Part shown: positions 1 through 9,250 of the stretch, piece by piece
How positions within the stretch are numbered: position 1 is the stretch's first letter
Layout of the letters: each line of letters starts with the position of its first letter
DNA from: an uncultured Collinsella sp.
Lineage (GTDB): Bacteria > Actinomycetota > Coriobacteriia > Coriobacteriales > Coriobacteriaceae
Length of the DNA: 64,000 bases
Reading direction: 5' to 3'
Assembly: GCA_905193815.1 (NCBI GenBank)
Contig: CAJJQF010000002.1
Coordinates: forward strand, 18,717-82,716
Translations under genes and position numbers: made by a program
Notes under the pieces: model-generated
Database searches by the model: none
What the model saw: the letters and a program-made list of their open reading frames with translations, nothing else
What the model was told of the DNA's origin: nothing

Positions 1-172
1 CACGCCGCCGGTGCCGCCGCCAAGGTTCGCCATCGCCAAGCCGCTCGCCATCGCAATGACGACAAGTATCGCCATCACCACTGCCTTATGACCGAGCAGC
101 TTGTCCGCCCAGCGGTCCATCTTTTTGACCCGTTCGTGTTGTTCGCGCTGCGCCATAGCAAAACCTCCCAAC
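1..172 (-). CDS. hypothetical small membrane protein, N-terminal part only (gene runs off the left edge)
   Basis: ATG at 172-170 preceded by GGGAGG SD; translates MAQREQHERVKKMDRWADKLLGHKAVVMAILVVIAMASGLAMANLGGG...; hydrophobic TM-like stretch; no stop before window edge. Confidence 0.35.
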
Positions 173-324
173 ACCATCGTGTCAGGAAAGGAGTCCCGCA
201 ACAGCCACGCCCCAAAACCGGTTTTAGCGGTCAAACCAAAAACCGACCAAAACCTTGCACAAATCTGTCCATTTATTCAGGCACACGTCAGCAAATGAAC
301 ACATAGCCGCAAAATGCCCAGATA

Positions 325-357
325 GCAAAAGACCGACGATGCAGGCGCATCGTCGGT
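325..357 (-). terminator. intrinsic terminator downstream of thiI
   Basis: 12-bp perfect stem GACCGACGATGC/GCATCGTCGGTC with 4-nt loop, followed on minus strand by TTTTGCT. Confidence 0.6.
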
Positions 358-369
358 CTATGCACAAAT

Positions 370-1614
370 TTACTCGTGATCTTGGTAAATCTCACGCGGA
401 GCAAGCTCCGAATGTTTGCGTTTTAAGGTCTTGGGGGCCTTATACGTGTTGCTCTCGAAGTCGATGTACTCGGTCTGCTTGAGCAGGCGCTCGATCATCT
501 CCTCGTGATCGAACAACTCCCAGGCCTCATGCACGGCATCGAGTTTAGCGTGCGTCTCGGGACGGCGCGGCATAAATAGCGTGCAGCAGTCGGGAGCGGC
601 CTCAGTCGAGATATCGAACGTACCGATCTCCTCGGCGCGCGCGATGATCTCCTGCTTGTCGGACCCGATGAGCGGACGGAACACGGGAATCTTCACGGCC
701 TCGTTGACGGCCATGATGTTCTCAAGCGTTTGGGAGGCAACCTGCCCAAGCGATTCGCCCGTAACGATGGCCTTGGCGCCCTCGATGTGTGCAATGCGCT
801 CGGCAACCGAATACATAATGCGGCGATACATGATCACGCGCAGATTGCTGGGACAGGTGACCGAAATCTCACGCTGGCAGTCGCCAAACGGCACCACGTA
901 CAGGCGGCCGATCTGGACACCCGGCTCAAGCGCACGGATGATGTCCTGCACCAAATACTCGCTCGTATCGGGCGTCTGCGGACGACCAGAGAAATGTACC
1001 GGCACGCACACCGCGCCGCGACGCGCGAGCATCCAGGTCGCCACCGGAGAATCGATACCCGACGACAGCAGCGTCACGACCTTGCCGGCAGAACCCACCG
1101 GCAGACCGCCCACGCCGCGCTCGGAGCGAGCGTACACATAAACGCTACCCTGGACCACCAGTACGTGCACCATCGCATCGGGGTCGTGCATTTGAACCTT
1201 TTTATCGGGGAAGGCCTCACACAGCACCTCGCCCACCTGACGATTGATGTCAATCGAGGTGAGCTCATAGTCGGTATTGGAGCGCTTGGCGTGCACCTTA
1301 AAAGAATCGAAGGAACCAAACTCGCGCAGCGCCTTCACGGCGGCGGCGCAGTACTCCCGCGGGTCACGATTGGTGTGATACGCCAAAGACACACGGGCAA
1401 CGCCGGGAACGGTGCGAATGACACGCGCCGCCTCATCGGCCTGATGCTCGTTAAAGGTCACGAGGATATAACCGGAAATTCGAGACACGGCATTCACGGA
1501 AAAGGCGGCCAAGGCCGCCTTGATGTTATCCATGAGGATATGCTCAAAATGTGCGCGGTTCTTACCCTTCAGTCCAACCTCGTGATAGTGGACCAGGCAG
1601 ACGCGAGCCGCCAT
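370..1614 (-). CDS. thiI: tRNA 4-thiouridine(8) synthase ThiI
   Basis: THUMP-like N-term, PP-loop SGGIDS motif, C-terminal extension; full-length ORF with ATG start. Confidence 0.9.
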   Translation of the reverse strand: MAARVCLVHYHEVGLKGKNRAHFEHILMDNIKAALAAFSVNAVSRISGYILVTFNEHQADEAARVIRTVPGVARVSLAYHTNRDPREYCAAAVKALREFGSFDSFKVHAKRSNTDYELTSIDINRQVGEVLCEAFPDKKVQMHDPDAMVHVLVVQGSVYVYARSERGVGGLPVGSAGKVVTLLSSGIDSPVATWMLARRGAVCVPVHFSGRPQTPDTSEYLVQDIIRALEPGVQIGRLYVVPFGDCQREISVTCPSNLRVIMYRRIMYSVAERIAHIEGAKAIVTGESLGQVASQTLENIMAVNEAVKIPVFRPLIGSDKQEIIARAEEIGTFDISTEAAPDCCTLFMPRRPETHAKLDAVHEAWELFDHEEMIERLLKQTEYIDFESNTYKAPKTLKRKHSELAPREIYQDHE

Positions 1615-1896
1615 TTAGGCTTCAGCAACCTTGTGGCCGAGCGCCTTCTCGTAACGGGCCTCGTCGTAAGAGATGTCGCCATCGACAATCTCGTCCATAG
1701 CCATCGAGATGGTATCGGCACCGGAAAGCCCGATAGTGATGTCATCGACATCCTGGACGGCAAGCACGCGGTTGTGCTGGCCACGCAGCATGCTATTGAT
1801 GTCGCAGGCGCGCTTGGAGGCAAGCGAAGCGAGCAGGAAGCGGTTGTGATCGGTCTTCTCCAGAAGATCGTCAATGCAAGGCTTTACAACGGACAC
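1615..1896 (-). CDS. rpoZ: DNA-directed RNA polymerase subunit omega
   Basis: 93 aa; DLLEK..NRFLL.SLASKRA motif typical of RpoZ; directly downstream of gmk as in actinobacteria. Confidence 0.85.
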   Translation of the reverse strand: MSVVKPCIDDLLEKTDHNRFLLASLASKRACDINSMLRGQHNRVLAVQDVDDITIGLSGADTISMAMDEIVDGDISYDEARYEKALGHKVAEA

Positions 1897-1901
1897 GGAC
1901 C

Positions 1902-2471
1902 TCAGATCCTTTCATGCATATCGAGAACGCGAACGAGCTCATCGGTCGCGCGGTCGAGATCGTCATTTACCACGACTTCGTCGTAGCGGTCGGCAAGGGC
2001 AAGCTCATCGGCGGCGTTTGCCATACGCAGCTCAATCGTCTCGGGCGTCTCGGTACCGCGACCGACTAGACGCTCGCGAAGCACCTCGAGCGAAGGTGGC
2101 TTGATAAAGATCAGCACGGCCTCGGGGAAACGCTCCTTGACCTGCAGGGCACCCTGGACATCGATCTCCAAGATGAGAGACGAACCAGAGGCGAGCTTGG
2201 ACTGAACCTCGCTCACCAACGTGCCGTAGCAGTTACCGTGGACCTCGGCCCACTCAACAAACTCACCGTTTGCCACGCGGCGGTCGAACTCCTCGCGCGT
2301 CAGAAAAAAGTAGTTGACGCCGTCGGCCTCACCTTTGCGTGGTGCTCGCGTGGTAGCCGAAACCGTCAGGCCCAGGTTCGAGCGGCGCTCGCGCACACGA
2401 GTGACGAGCGTACCCTTGCCTGCGCCTGACGGTCCAGAAATCACAAAGAGCTTGGAATCCTGAGCGCTCAC
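1902..2471 (-). CDS. gmk: guanylate kinase
   Basis: P-loop GPSGAGKGT, guanylate kinase fold length (189 aa); mihF-gmk-rpoZ synteny. Confidence 0.9.
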   Translation of the reverse strand: MSAQDSKLFVISGPSGAGKGTLVTRVRERRSNLGLTVSATTRAPRKGEADGVNYFFLTREEFDRRVANGEFVEWAEVHGNCYGTLVSEVQSKLASGSSLILEIDVQGALQVKERFPEAVLIFIKPPSLEVLRERLVGRGTETPETIELRMANAADELALADRYDEVVVNDDLDRATDELVRVLDMHERI

Positions 2472-2780
2472 TTATTTGGTCAGCTGCTCGAGGAGCTGCT
2501 CGCGCTGACGGACGCCGAGGCCCTGGACGCGACGGGTAGCGGAGATACCGAGCTCCTCCATGATCTTGGCGGCCTTGGCCTTGCCATAACCAGGAAGAGA
2601 CTCGATGAGGGTGGGAACCTTCATGCGGGAAGCGATGGGGTCATCGGAGTTGAGCACGGACTCGAGGGACTTCTCGCCCTTCTTGATCTGCTCGCGAAGC
2701 TCAGCGCGGGCGTGACGTGCGGCAGCAGCCTTCTCAAGAGCCTGCTTGCGCTGCTCATCGGTAAGCTGAGGGAGTGCCAT
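2472..2780 (-). CDS. mihF: actinobacterial integration host factor mIHF
   Basis: MALPQLTDEQRK... matches mycobacterial mIHF N-terminus; ATG at 2780 with GGAGGT SD (ORF-track start at 2792 is a TTG inside the SD). Confidence 0.85.
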   Translation of the reverse strand: MALPQLTDEQRKQALEKAAAARHARAELREQIKKGEKSLESVLNSDDPIASRMKVPTLIESLPGYGKAKAAKIMEELGISATRRVQGLGVRQREQLLEQLTK

Positions 2781-2817
2781 TCGTACCTCCAAATAGTTGG
2801 GTTATATCTGATTCAAT

Positions 2818-2857
2818 AATTGGCATTTTAGCACGTAGAACGTACAAAATGCCCAAT
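2818..2857. promoter_or_regulatory. inverted repeat (11-bp arms ATTGGCATTTT / AAAATGCC(C)AAT, 18-nt spacer) in AT-rich mihF upstream region
   Basis: seen directly in sequence, 30-70 nt upstream of the mihF start. Confidence 0.35.
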
Positions 2858-3019
2858 CGCGGCTCCATAGGTTAGACGATACCCGCAAAAAGTGCAATAT
2901 ACTGCGCCCAAAGTTAAGCCCCTGACCTGCGATTCCACACAAAGGATGGGAAAGATTACGCAGGCACAGGGGCTATTTTGTGCTAATGAGACCCAAAAGT
3001 GGTGACTTAGGGGAATCTT

Positions 3020-3736
3020 TTACGCGATGTTTTCGACCAGCTCGGCAACGATGGCGTCAAAGGCGGCAACCGGATCGTCGGCACCGGTGATGGGACGGCC
3101 CACCACAATGTGGCTTGCGCCACGCTCGATAGCCTGGGAAGGCGTCGCCACGCGGGACTGGTCACCAAGGGCGGCACCCACCGGACGCACACCCGGAGTC
3201 ACGATCAGGGCATCAGGACCCAGCAGCTCACGCATGTCGTGAGCCTCCATCGGCGAGCACACGATGCCATCGATGCCGTTGGTCTGAGCGAGCTTTGCCA
3301 GGCGGGCGGCCTCCTCGGCCACGGGCGACTCGACGCCGATCTCGCTCAAGGCATCCTGATTCATGCTCGTGAGCACGGTGATGGCGACGAGCTTGGCGCG
3401 GTCCTCGCGCGCCTCCTCGGCGCCCTCGCGGCAGGCAGCGAGCATGGCGCCCGAACCCAAGCCGTGAACCGAGAGCAGGTCGGCACCGGCAAGCGAGGCC
3501 GAACGGGCGGCACCGCGAACCTGATGCGGAATATCATGGAACTTAAGGTCAAGGAAGACCTTAAAGCCCAGGTCCTTAAAGGTCTTGACGATCTCGGGGC
3601 CCTCAGCGTAATAGAGCGTCATGCCAACCTTGAGCCAGGCGGCATGGCCCGAAAGCTCGTGGGCGAGCTCGAGCGCACGCTCACGATCGCAGTCGAGGGC
3701 GACGATTACGCGGTCGCGGGCATCGGTCTCTAGCAT
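3020..3736 (-). CDS. pyrF: orotidine 5'-phosphate decarboxylase
   Basis: RVIVALD...LDLKFHDIP motifs; real start MLETDARDRVIVALD, ATG at 3736 overlaps the pyrD stop; ORF-track N-terminal 83 aa is a longest-ORF artefact. Confidence 0.9.
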   Translation of the reverse strand: MLETDARDRVIVALDCDRERALELAHELSGHAAWLKVGMTLYYAEGPEIVKTFKDLGFKVFLDLKFHDIPHQVRGAARSASLAGADLLSVHGLGSGAMLAACREGAEEAREDRAKLVAITVLTSMNQDALSEIGVESPVAEEAARLAKLAQTNGIDGIVCSPMEAHDMRELLGPDALIVTPGVRPVGAALGDQSRVATPSQAIERGASHIVVGRPITGADDPVAAFDAIVAELVENIA

Positions 3737-4638
3737 TCGAAAGCACCTACCAGCTCGTTGATGTCCTTTACGCCCTGGGACTCGGCCCAGGCCTCGAGCT
3801 CGTGCGCGATCTTGAGCGAAGCGCACGGATCGACGAAGTTGGCCATACCGACCGACACGCAGGTGGCGCCGGCCAGGATAAACTCGGCCGCATCCTCGCC
3901 GGTCATGACACCGCCGACACCGTTGATGGGGATATCGACGGCCTGGGCAACCTCCCAGACCATGCGCACGGCGATGTGGTGGCACAGCGGGCCCGAAAGG
4001 CCGCCCTTGGGCTTTGCCACGCGGGACTTGCGGGTATGGACGTCGATGGCCATGCCCTGAATGGAGTTGATGACCGAAAGGCCGTCGGCGCCGGCAGCCT
4101 CGAGGGCCTTGGCAATCTCGGCGACGTTGACCGGCGCCATCTTCACGAACAGCGGCTTATCGGTCACCTTGCGGCAGGCAGCCATAACGGATGAGGCGCC
4201 CTCGGGCGTAGAGCCCATGGCGGCGCCGCCGGCGGCGATATTAGGGCAGCTCACGTTGATCTCGTAGCCGGCAGCCCAGGGGCACAGCTCGACATACATC
4301 TCGAGCGCGCGGACAAACTCGTCAACGGAGTGGCCGGCAACCTGACAGATGACCTGGCAGCCGTCCTTGGACAGCTGTTCGAGCCACGGGCCGGACTCGC
4401 GGGCAAAGGCAGCCACGCCGGGGTTCTGAAGGCCCACGGAGTTGATCATACCGCCGGGAACCTCGGCCATGCGGGGCGCGGGGTTGCCGGGCCAGGGCTC
4501 GGCTGCGCAACCCTTGGTGGTGATGGCACCCAGCTGGGAGACATCAAAGAAGTTCTGGAACTGCCAGCCGTAGCCAAAGGTACCGGCTGCGGTGTTGATG
4601 GGGTTTTGCATCTTGACGCCGCCGAAATCGACGGCCAT
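3730..4638 (-). CDS. pyrD: dihydroorotate dehydrogenase catalytic subunit (class 1B)
   Basis: MQNPINTAAGTFGYG..., FMN-binding TIM-barrel motifs; paired with pyrK. Confidence 0.9.
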   Translation of the reverse strand: MAVDFGGVKMQNPINTAAGTFGYGWQFQNFFDVSQLGAITTKGCAAEPWPGNPAPRMAEVPGGMINSVGLQNPGVAAFARESGPWLEQLSKDGCQVICQVAGHSVDEFVRALEMYVELCPWAAGYEINVSCPNIAAGGAAMGSTPEGASSVMAACRKVTDKPLFVKMAPVNVAEIAKALEAAGADGLSVINSIQGMAIDVHTRKSRVAKPKGGLSGPLCHHIAVRMVWEVAQAVDIPINGVGGVMTGEDAAEFILAGATCVSVGMANFVDPCASLKIAHELEAWAESQGVKDINELVGAFEC

Positions 4639-4652
4639 GTTCACGGTACCCA

Positions 4653-5420
4653 CTAGAAGACCACCACCTTGGAAGCATCGAACACGGGGCCGCACATGCA
4701 AGCACCCTTCATACCGTCGACCGTCTCGACATTGCAGGTGTTGCAGGCGCCAAAGCCACAGCCCATCATGCGCTCGAGCGACACCTCGCAGTACACACCG
4801 GCCTCAGCGGCAGCGGCGGCGACTTTCTTCATCATGACGGCGGGACCGCAGCTGGCGACGTAGTCGTAGCCGCCCTCGCCGAGCAGCTCGGCTGCCGGGT
4901 CGGTGCAAAAACCGTGCGTACCCAGCGTACCGTCGTCGGTGCACACGTTAACCGTGGCGCCCAGCGCGCGGAACTCATCGATGCCCACGGCCTTGGACGC
5001 GGTGCCAAAGCCCAAGCACACGTCGACGGCCACACCCTGCTCGGCAAGCTTACCGGCCAGGCAGAGGACAGGCGGAACGCCGATGCCACCGGCGACAAGC
5101 AGGGCCTTCCTGGTGCCCTCGGGTACAATCCAGCCGCGGCCACCGGGGCCCAGCAGGTTAGAGGTGGAGCCAGGTCCCATCTGGGACAAACGACGGGTAT
5201 CGTCGCCCACGACGGCGTACCACAACTCGACGGTGCCGGCCTCGGCGTCGGCGCGGTAGTAGCTCAGGGGCACGCGAAGCAGCGAGGACGCATCACCGGG
5301 CACGGCGATGTTCACAAACTGACCGGGCTTGAGCGCACTTGCAAGCTTGGGGGCCGAGATGACGAGCGAGAAGATGCCGTCGGCGATCTCCCGGTTCGAG
5401 ACGACCTCGAAGTCGTGCAT
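4653..5420 (-). CDS. pyrK: dihydroorotate dehydrogenase electron-transfer subunit
   Basis: FAD/NAD-binding fold and C-terminal Cys cluster CGFGACNTCNV...CMCGP ([2Fe-2S]). Confidence 0.85.
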   Translation of the reverse strand: MHDFEVVSNREIADGIFSLVISAPKLASALKPGQFVNIAVPGDASSLLRVPLSYYRADAEAGTVELWYAVVGDDTRRLSQMGPGSTSNLLGPGGRGWIVPEGTRKALLVAGGIGVPPVLCLAGKLAEQGVAVDVCLGFGTASKAVGIDEFRALGATVNVCTDDGTLGTHGFCTDPAAELLGEGGYDYVASCGPAVMMKKVAAAAAEAGVYCEVSLERMMGCGFGACNTCNVETVDGMKGACMCGPVFDASKVVVF

Positions 5421-5536
5421 GCGTGCAGTGGAAGGTGTGGGCATAGACGCTCCAATCCCCCATGCGGTTGCATGGTCCAAACGAACAGAAAGCGCGGCAC
5501 CGCAAGGGCGCCGCGCACAAAAGCGATAAGGCTATG

Positions 5537-6809
5537 CTAGCAGATGCAGCCGTCGGCAAGCGTCTGTTTACCGCCGACAAATACATCGGTGGCACGACCA
5601 GTGAGCGTGCGGCCGGCAAAACCGGAGTTCTCGGCGCGCGACTCGTAACCGTCCTCGCCAACCGTCCAGGTTGCGGAGGGGTCGAACACGGTCAGGTCGG
5701 CAACGGAGCCCGCCTTGACCTGAACCTGGTCGAGACCCAGGATCTCACGCGGCTTGATGGCCATGAGCTCGACCATGCGGCCCATGCTCATCTTGCCCGT
5801 GTTGACCAGCTCGGTGAGTACGAGCGACAGCGAGGTCTCGAGGCCGATCATACCAAAGGGCGCAAGCTCGAACTCACGGGCCTTCTCCCACGGGGTGTGA
5901 GGAGCGTGATCGGTGACGATAACGTCGACGGTGCCGTCGATGACGCCCTGACGGATGGCCTCGGCATCCTCCTCGGTACGCAGCGGCGGATTGACCTTGA
6001 GCGAGGTGTTGTAGGTCTCGTCCAGGTCGTTCTCGGTCAGGAACATGTGGTGCGGGGTGGCCTCGCAGGTGACCTGAACGCCAGCGGCCTTACCGGCACG
6101 CACGATCTCCAGGCCATGGGCGGTGGAGATGTGCTGGATGTGCAGCTTGGCACCGGTCAGCTTGGCGATCTCGATGTCGCGAGCGATCTGGAGCTCCTCG
6201 CCGGCAGCCGGCCAGCCCTCGAGAGCCAGACGGGTCGAGACCTTGCCCTCGTTGATCTGGCCATGGCCGACCAGGTCCTCGTCCTGGCAGTGGCTCATAA
6301 AGACCTTGCCGAACATCTTGCCGTAGTCCATGCAACGACGGAGCATACCCGCGCCCTGCACGCCGCGACCGTCGTCGGTGAAGGCGACGGCGCCGTGGGC
6401 GACCATATCGCCCATCTCGGACATGGCCTCGCCCTTAAGACCGCGGGTCATAGCGCCCGACGGATAGACGCGGCAGTGACCGACCTCGGCAGCACGGGAC
6501 TTAACGAACTCCACGACGGTACCGTTATCGGTAACGGGATCGGTGTTGGGCATGGAGCACACGCCAGTAAAGCCGCCCTTTGCAGCTGCGCGGGTGCCAC
6601 TCTCGATGTCCTCTTTGACCTCGTAGCCGGGCTCGCGAAGGTGAACGTGCATATCCACCAGGCCGGGGACGAGGTACTTGCCGGAAAGGTCGCGAACCTC
6701 GGCTCCCTCGACGGCGAGATTCTCGCCGACCTCGGCGATCTTGTCGCCGTCAATCAGGACGTCAACGACACCGTCAAGCTCGACGGACGGGTCGACGACG
6801 TGGGCATTC

Positions 6810-6826
<17 letters not shown>
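5537..6826 (-). CDS. pyrC: dihydroorotase
   Basis: DMHVHLREPG metal-binding motif, amidohydrolase fold; start MALLLKNAHVVD. Confidence 0.9.
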
Positions 6827-8355
<1,529 letters not shown>

Positions 8356-8597
8356 TCACATGTCTTGACTGCTGACACAGTCAAAAAAATAGATGCCCGA
8401 CCGCTTAAAGCGGACCAGACACCCACAGGAAAGGCTGCTCGCATGGCAGCTATGTAATTCCATGTGGGTATCTCGTACCCCTTTAATGGTCAAGGGATAG
8501 TGTAGCCAACCTCGAGCTTAATTGCGAGCATAAATACAGAGCAATCCGTAAACGGAGCCCAATGCTCCATAAACCTATATATATTTGTGGGACGAGC

Positions 8598-8626
8598 TTG
8601 AAAACGCACGCACGAGCTGGCATAAT
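8598..8626 (+). promoter_or_regulatory. sigma70-like promoter for rpmB (-35 TTGAAA, 17-nt spacer, -10 CATAAT)
   Basis: near-consensus hexamers with optimal spacing; ~165-nt leader before the rpmB ATG. Confidence 0.5.
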
Positions 8627-8795
8627 CCCCTCTGCTGCACGCAAATCGGATCTACGTCCAGGGCCGTGGCGTGAGCACTATCGCCAAAAGAGGAATATCT
8701 CTGTGTAGATTACGCACAGGGAGCTGCTTCTGTGCTATAGTTCAGGCTTGTTTGTTAACGCGACATGTTCGTTTGTCGCCCAAGGAGGGTCAGTT

Positions 8796-8984
8796 ATGTC
8801 CAAAGTTTGCGAAGTTTGCGGTAAGCACCCCGTTGCCGGTCGCTCCATCAGCCACTCTCACCGCGTCACCAACCGTAAGTTCCGCCCCAACATCCAGCGC
8901 GTTTACGTCGTCGTCGATGGTCACCGTCGCAAGATGAACGTTTGCTCCACCTGCCTCAAGTCTGGCAAGGTTGCGCGCTCCTAA
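8796..8984 (+). CDS. rpmB: 50S ribosomal protein L28 (Zn-ribbon, C+ form)
   Basis: MSKVCEVCGK...CSTCLK CxxC pairs; GGAGGG SD; 62 aa. Confidence 0.85.
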   Translation: MSKVCEVCGKHPVAGRSISHSHRVTNRKFRPNIQRVYVVVDGHRRKMNVCSTCLKSGKVARS

Positions 8985-9055
8985 ATAAGGTCTTACCAAC
9001 AAGTACCTCGGACTCTCCGGGTCAAAGACCTCGCGTTCACATAGAACTTACCAAA

Positions 9056-9085
9056 GGCGCCCTCCCCTACGGAGGGCGCCTTTTT
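9056..9085 (+). terminator. intrinsic terminator of rpmB
   Basis: GGCGCCCTCC-cctac-GGAGGGCGCC stem followed by TTTTT. Confidence 0.7.
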
Positions 9086-9129
9086 GCACTCATTGGGGGC
9101 AGGGCGATGCACTGGCAGATAGTTTGGTT

Positions 9130-9157
9130 AAAACGCTTCAGTTTATTGAAGCGTTTT
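9130..9157. promoter_or_regulatory. perfect palindrome AAAACGCTTCA-gtttat-TGAAGCGTTTT upstream of the adhE promoter
   Basis: 11-bp arms with 6-nt spacer; ~45 bp upstream of the putative adhE -35 (TTGCTA ~9201, -10 TAAATC ~9224). Confidence 0.4.
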
Positions 9158-9250
9158 AGTGTGCCTTTTACGGGAATCTTACCGTTCACCGAATAATTTC
9201 TTGCTATCATGCAAGGCGTAGGGTAAATCTCCGATCGCAAGGAGACACAA

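Noticed and set aside
3737-3985. N-terminal extensions in ORF-track calls for pyrF (83 aa), comM (66 aa), dprA (52 aa), pyrK, pyrD and ispG
   Set aside because: These are longest-ORF artefacts that overlap the upstream gene. The homology-consistent starts with SDs or stop-start coupling lie downstream, and the refined coordinates are given in the features.
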